DNA of 64,000 bases, taken from the NCBI RefSeq assembly GCF_050320075.1, contig NZ_CP190018.1; one strand, given 5' to 3'. Positions 35,148 to 47,954 of this stretch are shown here, piece by piece (position 1 is the stretch's first letter; every line of letters starts with the position of its first letter). Position numbers and translations under genes: made by a program. Under the pieces are notes generated by a model. It had not been told where the DNA came from and made no database searches. It saw nothing but the letters and a program-made list of their open reading frames with translations. This DNA comes from Escherichia coli. GTDB taxonomy: Bacteria; Pseudomonadota; Gammaproteobacteria; Enterobacterales; Enterobacteriaceae.

Positions 35148-36719
35148 TCAGGTCACCGGTGCCGGGTTAAACACCGCCAGCTGGTTATGCAGTCCCCATT
35201 GATCTGAGAAGGTTTTCTTCTTCCCGCTGGCGACGTCGAGAATAAAGTGGAACAACTTCCAGCCCACCTCTTCAATAGTTTCTTCGCCGGTAGCGATGGT
35301 GCCCGCATTAATATCCATTAAATCAAACCAGCGGTTCGCCAGCTCGGTGCGGGTCGCCATTTTAATGACGGGTACCGCCATCAGGCCGTACGGCGTACCG
35401 CGACCGGTCGTAAACACTTGCACGGTGATACCCGAAGCCACCTGTTGCGTGCCACAGACAAAATCGCTGGCTGGCGTCGCGGCGTAAATTAATCCGCGTT
35501 TAGTCGGGCGTTGACCAGGCGACAGCACTTCAACAATTGCACTTTTACCCGATTTAGCAATGGAGCCGAGCGCTTTCTCCACCACGTTTGCCAGACCGCC
35601 TTTCTTGTTGCCCGGCGAAGGGTTGGCGCTGCGGTCGGTTTTTCCCATATTGAGATAGTTATCGTACCACTCCATCTCCTCCAGCAGCCGTTTACCGACC
35701 TCTTCGTTCACTGCGCGTGGTGTCAGCAGATGGATCGCGTCACGCACTTCCGTGACTTCTGAAAACATCACCGTTGCGCCGCAGCGCACCAGTAGATCAG
35801 ACGCATACCCAACCGCCGGGTTTGCCGTTACGCCAGAAAACGCATCGCTACCGCCGCACTGCATGCCGACAACCAGTTCTGAAGCCGGACAGGTTTCTCG
35901 CTGCCGTTGATTCAGTTTGTGCAAATGGCGTTCGGCGACCTGCAAAATATCCTCGACCATGGACTGAAAACCGACATGCTTTTCATCCTGCAAACTGACA
36001 ATGCTGGCGCTTTCTACTGGAATAGCTTGCACATCATCCGTTCCAGTCAGCAGGCGTTCAGGCTGCAACTTTTCACAACCCAGACCAATCACCATTACTT
36101 CGCCGCCAAAGTTAGGGTTCAGCGAAATATTGTGAATGGTACGAATAGGCACAACTGCCGCCGGTGCGTTAATCGCCACGCCACAACCGTACAAATGATT
36201 CAGCCCCACCACGCCATCGACGTTCGGGTATTTCGGTAGCAGATCGCGTTCAATGATTTTTACTACATAGTCCACCACGCCTGCCACACAGTGGACGCTG
36301 GTGGTGATGCCGAGCAGGTTTTTAGTGCCCACGCTGCCATCGGCATTGCGATAGCCCTCAAAGGTGTATCCTTCCAGTGGCGGTAAGGGTGCCGGGACTT
36401 TGGTTGCCAGTGGCAGCGTGTGTAACGGCGGCGCTTCCGGTAGTACAACCATTGATTCGTCGATCCAGCTTCCGCGTGGGATTGCGCGCACGGCGTAACC
36501 AATCACTTCGCCATAACGAATAATTTCACCATTAGCCGGAATGTCCAGCAATGCGACTTTATGCCCCTGGGGAATATGTTCAATTAATTCCAGCCCATCC
36601 GGAAAACGCGTTCCTGCTTTCAGGCCATTATCATTAACAATAATTGCCACATTATCTGTGTCGTGAACTTTTATATAAAACGCAGTTGGCGTTTCTTGTC
36701 TGATTTCGATGTTGGCCAT
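35148..36719 (-). CDS. garD: Galactarate dehydratase
   Basis: 523-aa ORF, recognised GarD sequence. Confidence 0.9.
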   Translation of the reverse strand: MANIEIRQETPTAFYIKVHDTDNVAIIVNDNGLKAGTRFPDGLELIEHIPQGHKVALLDIPANGEIIRYGEVIGYAVRAIPRGSWIDESMVVLPEAPPLHTLPLATKVPAPLPPLEGYTFEGYRNADGSVGTKNLLGITTSVHCVAGVVDYVVKIIERDLLPKYPNVDGVVGLNHLYGCGVAINAPAAVVPIRTIHNISLNPNFGGEVMVIGLGCEKLQPERLLTGTDDVQAIPVESASIVSLQDEKHVGFQSMVEDILQVAERHLHKLNQRQRETCPASELVVGMQCGGSDAFSGVTANPAVGYASDLLVRCGATVMFSEVTEVRDAIHLLTPRAVNEEVGKRLLEEMEWYDNYLNMGKTDRSANPSPGNKKGGLANVVEKALGSIAKSGKSAIVEVLSPGQRPTKRGLIYAATPASDFVCGTQQVASGITVQVFTTGRGTPYGLMAVPVIKMATRTELANRWFDLMDINAGTIATGEETIEEVGWKLFHFILDVASGKKKTFSDQWGLHNQLAVFNPAPVT

Positions 36720-37093
36720 TGTGCAATATTCTCCAGCCAGGGGTTATTAAAATGAGGACCTGGTCTCATTTAAAAATAAATGACTTCATTGGGTGAAATA
36801 AGAATGTCAGGAGTTTAAACGCAGAAATGTGATCAATGTCAATCATTTCAGGGATTGCAGTGCCGCACGGTAAGGTAAAGCGCAAATCTGTGCTTTAGCG
36901 CGCAACCTTATGTGCATATGCTCAAAATAATATTTAAATAGTATTAATTAAATTAGCATTTGCACAATGATTATTATTCTCGCGCTGCTTATACTAATTC
37001 CCGAGTTCATTGCCGTAACGGCATAAATAAAACTCATAAATAACACCTTCCCCATAATAATAAAAATCAGCATAAGTACCCGAGGTAAATAAA
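36720..37093. promoter_or_regulatory. AT-rich divergent garD / garPLRK promoter region
   Basis: 374-bp AT-rich intergenic region between divergent operons; no motif verified. Confidence 0.4.
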
Positions 37094-38428
37094 ATGATTC
37101 TGGACACCGTTGACGTAAAAAAGAAAGGCGTGCATACCCGCTATTTAATATTACTGATTATTTTTATTGTTACCGCCGTTAACTACGCCGATCGTGCAAC
37201 GCTGTCTATTGCTGGTACCGAAGTGGCAAAAGAGTTGCAGTTAAGTGCGGTTTCGATGGGTTACATCTTCTCCGCTTTTGGCTGGGCCTACCTGCTGATG
37301 CAAATCCCCGGCGGCTGGTTGCTTGATAAGTTTGGCTCGAAAAAAGTTTACACCTACAGCCTCTTTTTCTGGTCGCTGTTCACTTTCCTGCAAGGCTTTG
37401 TTGATATGTTCCCGCTGGCCTGGGCAGGGATCTCCATGTTCTTTATGCGCTTTATGCTCGGCTTCTCGGAAGCGCCATCATTCCCGGCGAACGCCCGTAT
37501 TGTCGCCGCCTGGTTTCCGACAAAAGAACGTGGTACTGCCTCCGCCATCTTTAACTCGGCGCAATATTTCTCGCTGGCGCTCTTTTCGCCGCTGCTTGGC
37601 TGGCTGACTTTCGCCTGGGGCTGGGAGCACGTCTTCACCGTTATGGGGGTGATTGGTTTTGTGCTGACGGCGCTGTGGATCAAGTTGATTCATAACCCGA
37701 CAGATCACCCACGTATGTCTGCGGAAGAGCTGAAGTTTATCTCAGAAAATGGCGCGGTGGTCGATATGGACCACAAAAAGCCGGGCAGTGCGGCAGCAAG
37801 CGGTCCCAAACTGCATTACATCAAGCAATTGCTCTCTAACCGCATGATGCTGGGCGTATTTTTCGGACAATATTTTATCAACACCATCACCTGGTTCTTC
37901 CTCACCTGGTTCCCAATTTATCTGGTGCAGGAAAAAGGCATGTCGATTCTGAAAGTGGGTCTGGTCGCCTCGATTCCGGCACTGTGTGGCTTTGCGGGCG
38001 GCGTGCTGGGAGGTGTCTTCTCGGATTATCTGATCAAACGCGGTTTGTCCCTGACCCTGGCACGTAAGCTACCGATTGTGCTGGGAATGTTGCTGGCTTC
38101 CACCATCATCTTATGTAACTACACCAACAACACCACGCTGGTGGTCATGCTGATGGCGCTGGCTTTCTTTGGCAAAGGATTTGGTGCGCTGGGCTGGCCA
38201 GTGATTTCTGACACCGCGCCGAAAGAGATTGTTGGTCTCTGCGGCGGCGTCTTTAACGTCTTTGGCAATGTTGCCTCCATTGTCACTCCACTGGTGATTG
38301 GCTATCTGGTAAGTGAACTGCACTCCTTCAATGCAGCACTGGTTTTCGTGGGATGTTCAGCGCTGATGGCGATGGTCTGCTACCTCTTCGTAGTTGGCGA
38401 CATTAAACGTATGGAATTGCAGAAATAA
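37094..38428 (+). CDS. garP: Galactarate/glucarate/glycerate MFS transporter
   Basis: 444-aa MFS ORF. Confidence 0.88.
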   Translation: MILDTVDVKKKGVHTRYLILLIIFIVTAVNYADRATLSIAGTEVAKELQLSAVSMGYIFSAFGWAYLLMQIPGGWLLDKFGSKKVYTYSLFFWSLFTFLQGFVDMFPLAWAGISMFFMRFMLGFSEAPSFPANARIVAAWFPTKERGTASAIFNSAQYFSLALFSPLLGWLTFAWGWEHVFTVMGVIGFVLTALWIKLIHNPTDHPRMSAEELKFISENGAVVDMDHKKPGSAAASGPKLHYIKQLLSNRMMLGVFFGQYFINTITWFFLTWFPIYLVQEKGMSILKVGLVASIPALCGFAGGVLGGVFSDYLIKRGLSLTLARKLPIVLGMLLASTIILCNYTNNTTLVVMLMALAFFGKGFGALGWPVISDTAPKEIVGLCGGVFNVFGNVASIVTPLVIGYLVSELHSFNAALVFVGCSALMAMVCYLFVVGDIKRMELQK

Positions 38429-38443
38429 GCAAAGGTATAAGCG

Positions 38444-39214
38444 ATGAATAACAATGTTTTCCCGAATAAATTCAAAGCCGCACTGGCTGCGAAACAGGTA
38501 CAAATTGGTTGCTGGTCAGCACTCTCTAACCCGATTAGCACTGAAGTTCTTGGTTTGGCTGGGTTTGACTGGCTGGTGCTGGATGGCGAACATGCGCCAA
38601 ACGATATCTCCACGTTTATTCCGCAGTTAATGGCCCTGAAAGGCAGCGCCAGCGCGCCAGTAGTGCGAGTGCCGACCAACGAGCCGGTAATTATTAAGCG
38701 TCTTCTGGATATCGGTTTTTATAACTTCCTGATTCCTTTTGTAGAAACAAAAGAGGAAGCAGAGCAGGCGGTGGCATCAACCCGTTACCCACCGGAAGGC
38801 ATTCGCGGCGTCTCCGTTTCTCACCGCGCCAATATGTTTGGCACCGTGGCGGATTATTTCGCTCAGTCGAACAAGAACATCACCATTCTGGTCCAGATAG
38901 AAAGTCAGCAGGGCGTAGATAACGTCGATGCCATTGCCGCTACCGAAGGCGTAGACGGTATCTTCGTCGGCCCCAGCGATCTGGCTGCGGCATTAGGCCA
39001 TCTCGGCAATGCCTCGCACCCGGATGTACAAAAAGCAATCCAGCATATTTTTAACCGTGCCAGTGCGCACGGCAAACCCAGCGGTATCCTCGCACCGGTC
39101 GAAGCCGATGCGCGTCGTTATCTGGAATGGGGCGCGACGTTTGTGGCTGTCGGCAGCGATCTCGGCGTCTTCCGCTCTGCCACTCAGAAACTGGCTGATA
39201 CCTTTAAAAAATAA
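38444..39214 (+). CDS. garL: 5-keto-4-deoxy-D-glucarate (2-dehydro-3-deoxygalactarate) aldolase
   Basis: 256-aa HpcH/HpaI-family aldolase ORF. Confidence 0.9.
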   Translation: MNNNVFPNKFKAALAAKQVQIGCWSALSNPISTEVLGLAGFDWLVLDGEHAPNDISTFIPQLMALKGSASAPVVRVPTNEPVIIKRLLDIGFYNFLIPFVETKEEAEQAVASTRYPPEGIRGVSVSHRANMFGTVADYFAQSNKNITILVQIESQQGVDNVDAIAATEGVDGIFVGPSDLAAALGHLGNASHPDVQKAIQHIFNRASAHGKPSGILAPVEADARRYLEWGATFVAVGSDLGVFRSATQKLADTFKK

Positions 39215-39249
39215 CCACCACCGCAACAAGAGAGATGATTGATATGACT

Positions 39250-40134
39250 ATGAAAGTTGGTTTTATTGGCCTGGGGATTATGGGTAAACCAATGAGTAAA
39301 AACCTTCTGAAAGCAGGTTACTCGCTGGTGGTTGCTGACCGTAACCCAGAAGCTATTGCTGAAGTGATTGCTGCAGGTGCAGAAACAGCTTCTACGGCTA
39401 AAGCGATCGCTGAACAGTGCGACGTCATCATAACCATGCTGCCAAACTCCCCTCATGTGAAAGAGGTGGCGCTGGGTGAGAATGGCATTATTGAAGGCGC
39501 GAAGCCAGGTACGGTATTGATCGATATGAGTTCTATCGCACCGCTGGCAAGCCGTGAAATCAGCGAAGCGCTGAAAGCGAAAGGCATTGATATGCTGGAT
39601 GCTCCGGTGAGCGGCGGTGAACCGAAAGCTATCGACGGTACGCTGTCAGTGATGGTGGGCGGCGACAAGGCTATTTTCGACAAATACTATGATTTGATGA
39701 AAGCAATGGCGGGTTCCGTGGTGCATACCGGGGAAATTGGTGCAGGTAACGTTACCAAACTGGCAAATCAGGTCATTGTGGCGCTGAATATTGCCGCGAT
39801 GTCAGAAGCGTTAACGCTGGCAACCAAAGCGGGCGTTAACCCGGATCTGGTGTATCAGGCAATTCGCGGTGGGCTGGCGGGCAGTACCGTGCTGGATGCC
39901 AAAGCGCCGATGGTGATGGACCGCAACTTCAAGCCGGGCTTCCGTATTGATCTGCATATTAAGGATCTGGCAAATGCGCTGGATACTTCCCACGGCGTCG
40001 GCGCGCAACTGCCGCTCACAGCTGCGGTTATGGAGATGATGCAGGCACTGCGAGCAGATGGTTTAGGAACGGCAGATCATAGCGCCCTGGCGTGCTACTA
40101 CGAAAAACTGGCGAAAGTCGAAGTTACTCGTTAA
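39250..40134 (+). CDS. garR: Tartronate semialdehyde (2-hydroxy-3-oxopropionate) reductase
   Basis: ORF 39235..40134; start placed at MKVGFIGLGIMGKPM (Rossmann GxGxxG). Confidence 0.88.
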   Translation: MKVGFIGLGIMGKPMSKNLLKAGYSLVVADRNPEAIAEVIAAGAETASTAKAIAEQCDVIITMLPNSPHVKEVALGENGIIEGAKPGTVLIDMSSIAPLASREISEALKAKGIDMLDAPVSGGEPKAIDGTLSVMVGGDKAIFDKYYDLMKAMAGSVVHTGEIGAGNVTKLANQVIVALNIAAMSEALTLATKAGVNPDLVYQAIRGGLAGSTVLDAKAPMVMDRNFKPGFRIDLHIKDLANALDTSHGVGAQLPLTAAVMEMMQALRADGLGTADHSALACYYEKLAKVEVTR

Positions 40135-40230
40135 TGACGTCGTGCCCGGATGGCGTATTGCAATCCGGGCCTGGAATCCAGGCCGAATAAGAGAAACGCC
40201 CTCCGGCGTCATGTGGTAACAGGCATAGGT

Positions 40231-41376
40231 ATGAAAATCGTAATCGCCCCAGACTCTTATAAAGAAAGTTTATCTGCCAGCGAGGTTGCGCAGGCGATAG
40301 AAAAAGGATTTCGGGAAATTTTTCCTGATGCACAGTACGTTTCTGTTCCTGTTGCCGACGGTGGCGAAGGAACGGTGGAAGCGATGATTGCAGCCACCCA
40401 GGGTTCCGAACGTCACGCCTGGGTTACAGGGCCGCTGGGCGAGAAAGTGAATGCCAGTTGGGGGATCTCCGGCGATGGCAAAACCGCGTTTATTGAAATG
40501 GCGGCGGCCAGTGGGCTGGAGCTGGTACCTGCGGAAAAACGTGATCCACTCGTGACCACTTCACGCGGCACAGGCGAGTTAATTCTGCAGGCGCTGGAGA
40601 GCGGCGCGACAAACATTATTATCGGCATTGGCGGTAGCGCTACAAATGATGGCGGTGCAGGCATGGTACAGGCGCTGGGGGCGAAATTATGCGACGCCAA
40701 CGGCAATGAAATTGGTTTTGGCGGCGGTAGTCTTAATACTCTGAATGATATTGATATTTCCGGCCTCGATCCGCGCTTAAAAGATTGCGTCATTCGCGTC
40801 GCTTGTGATGTCACCAATCCGCTGGTGGGCGATAACGGCGCATCGCGCATCTTTGGCCCACAAAAGGGAGCCAGTGAAGCGATGATTGTTGAGCTGGACA
40901 ATAACCTCTCTCACTATGCCGATGTCATTAAAAAAGCGCTGCATGTTGATGTGAAAGATGTCCCCGGCGCAGGAGCTGCGGGAGGTATGGGCGCGGCGCT
41001 GATGGCGTTTCTTGGTGCGGAACTGAAAAGTGGTATTGAAATCGTCACGACGGCGCTGAATCTGGAGGAACATATTCACGATTGTACGCTGGTGATCACC
41101 GGTGAAGGGCGTATTGACAGCCAGAGTATTCACGGCAAGGTTCCGATTGGCGTCGCAAACGTGGCGAAAAAGTACCATAAACCGGTGATTGGCATTGCGG
41201 GTAGCCTGACCAATGATGTTGGCGTTGTACATCAGCATGGCATTGATGCGGTCTTCAGCGTATTGACCAGCATTGGTACGTTGGACGAAGCATTCCGCGG
41301 GGCTTATGACAATATTTACCGTGCTTCACGTAATATCGCCGCGACACTGGCTATTGGAATGCGCAACGTGGGGTGA
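40231..41376 (+). CDS. garK: Glycerate 2-kinase
   Basis: ORF extends upstream to 40150; start placed at MKIVIAPDSYKESL (381 aa). Confidence 0.88.
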   Translation: MKIVIAPDSYKESLSASEVAQAIEKGFREIFPDAQYVSVPVADGGEGTVEAMIAATQGSERHAWVTGPLGEKVNASWGISGDGKTAFIEMAAASGLELVPAEKRDPLVTTSRGTGELILQALESGATNIIIGIGGSATNDGGAGMVQALGAKLCDANGNEIGFGGGSLNTLNDIDISGLDPRLKDCVIRVACDVTNPLVGDNGASRIFGPQKGASEAMIVELDNNLSHYADVIKKALHVDVKDVPGAGAAGGMGAALMAFLGAELKSGIEIVTTALNLEEHIHDCTLVITGEGRIDSQSIHGKVPIGVANVAKKYHKPVIGIAGSLTNDVGVVHQHGIDAVFSVLTSIGTLDEAFRGAYDNIYRASRNIAATLAIGMRNVG

Positions 41377-41408
41377 CAAGGGCGCGCAAACCCTCTATAC
41401 TGCGCGCC

Positions 41409-41785
<377 letters not shown>

Positions 41786-41795
41786 GATTTACGTA

Positions 41796-41826
41796 AAAAC
41801 CCGCTTCGGCGGGTTTTTGCTTTTGG
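41796..41826 (+). terminator. rnpB intrinsic terminator
   Basis: aaaaacccgcttcggcgggtttttgcttttg hairpin plus T-run. Confidence 0.8.
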
Positions 41827-41836
41827 AGGGGCAGAA

Positions 41837-41948
41837 AGATGAATGACTGTCCACGACACTATACCCAAAAGAAAGCGGCTTATCGGTCAGTTTCACCTGG
41901 TTTAACGAAAACCCGCCAGCGTAAACTGGCGGGTTTTTGCTTTTTGGA
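41837..41948 (+). repeat. Repeat unit duplicating the rnpB 3' end plus terminator (rnpB-downstream repeat)
   Basis: agatgaatgactgtccacgaca...cggcttatcggtcagtttcacctg...aaaacccgcc...ggcgggtttttgcttt recurs about 100 bp downstream of the first copy at 41736..41829; partial third start at about 41957. Confidence 0.8.
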
Positions 41949-42012
41949 GCATAGTGTAAGATGAATAAATATCTACGGTATTAATAATAGACTTTGTAAG
42001 AAATTATTAAGT

Positions 42013-43200
42013 CTATATTGCATTTAAAAGGTCGTAATCATACGTATAGTCCTCTCTGGTAAAATATTGCTTCTCTGAATTATATGCTTCATATGTGTTA
42101 TATTTTACAACCTCAAAGCAATTGTCAGGAGAATTTTCGTCTTTCTCGAGTGTATTATCTGAAAGGAATTCCTCTGAGCTAGAATCCTCTATGTTTAAAT
42201 CTGTATTGTAATTATTTTTTGGATCGATAAGATAAGCATTTTCTTTGACGCTTTCATAATCTTTAATGATTATATCGATGTAATAATCTATTTTTTCTGA
42301 TGAGAATGCTTTCATCTCTGGTAATCTAATTCTGTTCAAGTAATTGTTAATTTTCGATGAGCTTTTATATATTTCTTTTGTTAATTCATTTTCTAATTCA
42401 TCTGTTAGAGTTGCTCTTGGTATAGATTCTATAATTGCAAGTCTCATAATTTTTAATTGTTCTTCGGTAATATCTCCAAGCGCATTTAAACAACTTTCGA
42501 CAAGCTTAATTTTTTCTTCAGAATACATATCGCTAATGCTTGTTATAACAGGCGTTATTTTTAGTAAATAATCCCAGGAGATTGTGGCGTTTTGTGTTGA
42601 ACTAACGAAATTTACCTGAAACATGTTGGCATTAGTAAAATCTGTGTCATCCAATTTAAAAGGATTTAAAATTGTATTGGCCATATGTTTATCTGTAAAA
42701 TCATAAAGTTCTAAATCGACATTCCGTAAGTCCAGAGAGGATAGATCAACTATACCTCCAGTCCCACAACTAAAGATTACGTTCAACCTCCTGATTTCAT
42801 TGTAAATGTCTTTCAATGGGCAATTAACATTGATATTGCCTGTGGATATTTCCTGGTTTTTTAACGGTTCATTAATGGTAAGTTCACAGGTATTGTCTGA
42901 TCGTTGAATAATTCGGGCGTTATAACCAAAAAAATCCATACGAAGAGACGAATCATTATAAAGAATTACATTTTGTAAGTACGCTAATTCTTTTTGAAAA
43001 TCACCAGTGATAATGCATTTCCCACCTGGTTGTAGCGCGTTAAGTAAAGTGACCATTTCAATAGAGGTCTGTTTTAGTTTTTCTATACCTGGTGCTAGTG
43101 CTTCGAGGTTATTAACTATGGGGCTTTCAGGAAGATCATTTATTTTTCGACGGGCTAAATCACTACTAATATCATTACCAATTGATGAAACAGGGGACAT
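42013..43200 (-). CDS. yhaC: Uncharacterized pentapeptide-repeat-containing protein
   Basis: 395-aa ORF in AT-rich DNA; central run of quintets VDLSS/LDLRN/VDLEL/YDFTD/KHMAN/TILNP/FKLDD/TDFTN/ANMFQ/VNFVS with a hydrophobic middle residue. Confidence 0.8.
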   Translation of the reverse strand: MSPVSSIGNDISSDLARRKINDLPESPIVNNLEALAPGIEKLKQTSIEMVTLLNALQPGGKCIITGDFQKELAYLQNVILYNDSSLRMDFFGYNARIIQRSDNTCELTINEPLKNQEISTGNINVNCPLKDIYNEIRRLNVIFSCGTGGIVDLSSLDLRNVDLELYDFTDKHMANTILNPFKLDDTDFTNANMFQVNFVSSTQNATISWDYLLKITPVITSISDMYSEEKIKLVESCLNALGDITEEQLKIMRLAIIESIPRATLTDELENELTKEIYKSSSKINNYLNRIRLPEMKAFSSEKIDYYIDIIIKDYESVKENAYLIDPKNNYNTDLNIEDSSSEEFLSDNTLEKDENSPDNCFEVVKYNTYEAYNSEKQYFTREDYTYDYDLLNAI

Positions 43201-43221
43201 TATTTTATCCTTTATAAATAA

Positions 43222-43782
43222 TCAATAAAAATCATTATTAAAATGATCGGGTGAAAAAAAGAGAATTTGCCAACAATCTGAAGGAATGGAGGTTTTATTA
43301 AAGTACGTAGGGGGGGTTAAGATGGCTTCTTTTCGGGTGAATTTTGCACAATACTTAGAAATCGTCTCCTTAATACACTCCAGCTCTTTTTTATTGACGG
43401 CTGAGCAAGTACATTGTTCGCCAAAAGGTGCAAAAGTGCCTACATCTAATGTTTGTATGATATAATCGTCATGTTCTCCTGTAGAAATATCTATGATGAA
43501 TGGACTCATATTTTCCGGTTGGATTCGGATCATGACAGAAGGAACATCGCCTTGATAGAAATTCAATGCAGTAATTGCAGATAATACTCTCCGCAGTTCA
43601 TTACTTATACTGTATATTTTATTAACGTCATTGGTGGAGACAATTTCTGCAAACTTTCTTTTTACCGTCCAATAATCAATATTTCTGTTGTGATTGTTAA
43701 CCACTGCGTGCATTGGCGGGATTGAAGGGTGAAAAATATGTGCAATTGGGAAGCCTTTCATTGATGCCTGCCTTGTCATCAT
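43222..43782 (-). CDS. yhaB: Uncharacterized protein
   Basis: ORF 43222..43791 (189 aa); start uncertain, placed at the second Met (186 aa). Confidence 0.7.
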   Translation of the reverse strand: MMTRQASMKGFPIAHIFHPSIPPMHAVVNNHNRNIDYWTVKRKFAEIVSTNDVNKIYSISNELRRVLSAITALNFYQGDVPSVMIRIQPENMSPFIIDISTGEHDDYIIQTLDVGTFAPFGEQCTCSAVNKKELECIKETISKYCAKFTRKEAILTPPTYFNKTSIPSDCWQILFFSPDHFNNDFY

Positions 43783-44016
43783 GACAAACAATAATAGATG
43801 CTTATTTTCCTCGCAGGGTTCTTTCGCACTATCAAAAAACGCTCATTTACCCGGCGTTACAGTAAACGAAGCAACATTCTGTGGCCTACGCCGATCAAAA
43901 GCTCTGTGAAAATTTCCCTTGTTGTCTTTGTCTGACCTTATCGCGGCGACCAGCAATTATTCGTTTTGTGATCCTCAACACAAAATGCTATTCGTCGCCT
44001 ATGAGGGGAGAGGAAT

Positions 44017-44235
44017 TTATGGAAAACGATTGCATTCACAAAATGACATCCTGTCAGAAGAGAAAAAGTTGACGTTAATCAATTGTTCGAGATGATCAAT
44101 ACCTGTATTCGAAATTTTAAAATATTGATAAAATAAATGTTTGTTCTTCAACAAATAACGTGAAAAAATGTGACGTGCCGCATTATTTATCGCTGAAAAT
44201 GGTTTATTTATAATAAAATTTGAGAACTTGCTCAT
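44017..44235 (-). CDS. tdcR: Putative tdc operon activator TdcR (72 aa)
   Basis: ORF 44017..44373; internal Met MSKFSNFIINKPFSAINNAARHIF gives 72 aa matching recalled TdcR length; divergent from tdcA; AT-rich. Confidence 0.55.
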   Translation of the reverse strand: MSKFSNFIINKPFSAINNAARHIFSRYLLKNKHLFYQYFKISNTGIDHLEQLINVNFFSSDRMSFCECNRFP

Positions 44236-44549
44236 TAAATTTAACTCAAATTTTGCCTGGTAATTATCCGGTAATTGCTTGAAATATGGTCTCAGCCCCT
44301 TTTTTGTATTAACCACATAACGAATGATGTTATCGCCATAAAATATGGTTATCCCCGTCATTTTTTTTGACAAAAATCAGGGTTTATGCTGATTTTTATA
44401 CTTTAACTTATTGATATGTAAAGATATTTAATTGGAATAACGATACCATGGAAAGTATTGAAAGTTAATTTGTGAGTGGTCGCACATATCCTGTTCATTT
44501 CATTTTGATACACTTCATGCCGTCACTGAGGTAATTAACGTAGGTCGTT

Positions 44550-45488
44550 ATGAGCACTATTCTTCTTCCGAAAACGCAGCACCTGGTAGTCTTTCAGGAA
44601 GTCATTAGAAGTGGCTCTATCGGCTCGGCTGCAAAAGAATTAGGGTTAACTCAACCGGCCGTCAGTAAAATCATTAACGATATTGAAGATTATTTTGGCG
44701 TGGAATTAGTGGTGCGGAAAAATACCGGTGTAACACTAACACCTGCCGGTCAATTGTTACTCTCCCGTTCTGAATCCATTACCCGTGAAATGAAAAATAT
44801 GGTTAATGAGATAAGCGGTATGTCTTCTGAGGCGGTGGTGGAAGTCTCATTTGGTTTTCCTTCATTGATTGGTTTTACTTTTATGTCCGGGATGATCAAC
44901 AAGTTCAAAGAGGTGTTCCCGAAAGCGCAGGTTTCTATGTATGAAGCGCAACTGTCTTCGTTCTTACCGGCAATCCGCGACGGTCGACTGGATTTTGCGA
45001 TTGGTACGTTAAGCGCAGAAATGAAGCTTCAGGATTTACATGTTGAGCCGCTGTTCGAGTCCGAGTTTGTGCTGGTAGCCAGTAAGTCCCGAACATGCAC
45101 CGGCACCACCACGCTGGAGTCGTTGAAGAACGAACAGTGGGTGTTGCCACAAACCAATATGGGGTACTACAGCGAGCTACTTACTACGTTACAAAGAAAT
45201 GGCATCAGTATTGAAAACATCGTTAAAACCGACTCAGTCGTGACAATTTATAATCTTGTTCTCAATGCTGATTTCTTAACTGTAATTCCTTGTGATATGA
45301 CATCACCTTTTGGTTCAAATCAATTTATTACTATTCCGGTTGAAGAAACATTACCTGTGGCACAATATGCCGCGGTATGGTCGAAAAATTATCGTATTAA
45401 AAAAGCAGCATCGGTTTTGGTGGAATTAGCCAAAGAGTATTCATCTTATAATGGGTGTAGACGAAGGCAATTAATTGAAGTTGGTTAG
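44550..45488 (+). CDS. tdcA: LysR-family transcriptional activator of the tdc operon
   Basis: 312-aa ORF with N-terminal HTH. Confidence 0.9.
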   Translation: MSTILLPKTQHLVVFQEVIRSGSIGSAAKELGLTQPAVSKIINDIEDYFGVELVVRKNTGVTLTPAGQLLLSRSESITREMKNMVNEISGMSSEAVVEVSFGFPSLIGFTFMSGMINKFKEVFPKAQVSMYEAQLSSFLPAIRDGRLDFAIGTLSAEMKLQDLHVEPLFESEFVLVASKSRTCTGTTTLESLKNEQWVLPQTNMGYYSELLTTLQRNGISIENIVKTDSVVTIYNLVLNADFLTVIPCDMTSPFGSNQFITIPVEETLPVAQYAAVWSKNYRIKKAASVLVELAKEYSSYNGCRRRQLIEVG

Positions 45489-45586
45489 TTATTTGTTTTT
45501 ATTTAAACATAAATAATCCACCTGTCTGTTTTGCAGGTGTCGGTTACGGTTACCTACATATTTAATTCAGGCTAAGAGGTTTTATA

Positions 45587-46576
45587 ATGCATATTACATA
45601 CGATCTCCCGGTTGCTATTGATGACATCATTGAAGCGAAACAACGACTGGCTGGGCGAATTTATAAAACAGGCATGCCTCGCTCCAACTATTTTAGTGAA
45701 CGTTGCAAAGGTGAAATATTCCTCAAATTCGAAAACATGCAGCGTACCGGTTCATTTAAAATTCGTGGCGCATTTAATAAATTAAGTTCACTGACCGATG
45801 CGGAAAAACGTAAAGGTGTAGTGGCCTGCTCTGCGGGCAACCATGCGCAAGGGGTTTCCCTCTCCTGCGCGATGCTGGGTATCGACGGTAAAGTGGTGAT
45901 GCCAAAAGGCGCGCCGAAATCCAAAGTAGCGGCAACGTGCGACTACTCTGCAGAAGTCGTTCTGCATGGTGATAACTTCAACGACACTATCGCTAAAGTG
46001 AGCGAAATTGTCGAAATGGAAGGCCGTATTTTTATCCCACCTTATGATGATCCGAAAGTGATTGCTGGCCAGGGAACGATTGGCCTGGAAATTATGGAAG
46101 ATCTCTATGATGTCGATAATGTGATTGTGCCAATTGGTGGTGGCGGTTTAATTGCTGGTATTGCGGTGGCAATAAAATCTATTAACCCGACCATTCGTGT
46201 TATTGGCGTACAGTCAGAAAACGTTCACGGCATGGCGGCTTCTTTCCACTCCGGAGAAATAACCACGCACCGAACTACCGGCACCCTGGCGGATGGTTGT
46301 GATGTCTCCCGCCCGGGTAATTTAACTTACGAAATCGTTCGTGAATTAGTCGATGACATCGTGCTGGTCAGCGAAGACGAAATCAGAAACAGTATGATTG
46401 CCTTAATTCAGCGCAATAAAGTCGTCACCGAAGGCGCAGGCGCTCTGGCATGTGCTGCATTATTAAGCGGTAAATTAGACCAATATATTCAAAACAGAAA
46501 AACCGTCAGTATTATTTCCGGCGGCAATATCGATCTTTCTCGCGTCTCTCAAATCACCGGTTTCGTTGACGCTTAA
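45587..46576 (+). CDS. tdcB: Catabolic threonine dehydratase (PLP-dependent)
   Basis: 329-aa ORF with PLP-binding [15 protein letters not shown]. Confidence 0.92.
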
Positions 46577-46594
46577 TTAATTCGTTGAGGATAG

Positions 46595-47929
<1,335 letters not shown>

Positions 47930-47954
47930 TCCGTAACTCAGGATGAGAAAAGAG

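Noticed and set aside
40413-41238. Two minus-strand ORFs (162 and 153 aa) inside garK
   Set aside because: Antisense to glycerate kinase; frame artefacts in GC-rich coding DNA.
42013-43791. Considered whether yhaC-yhaB form a toxin-antitoxin or defence system
   Set aside because: No recognisable nuclease, ATPase, kinase or antitoxin-like domains could be seen by eye; left as function unknown rather than assigned to a system.
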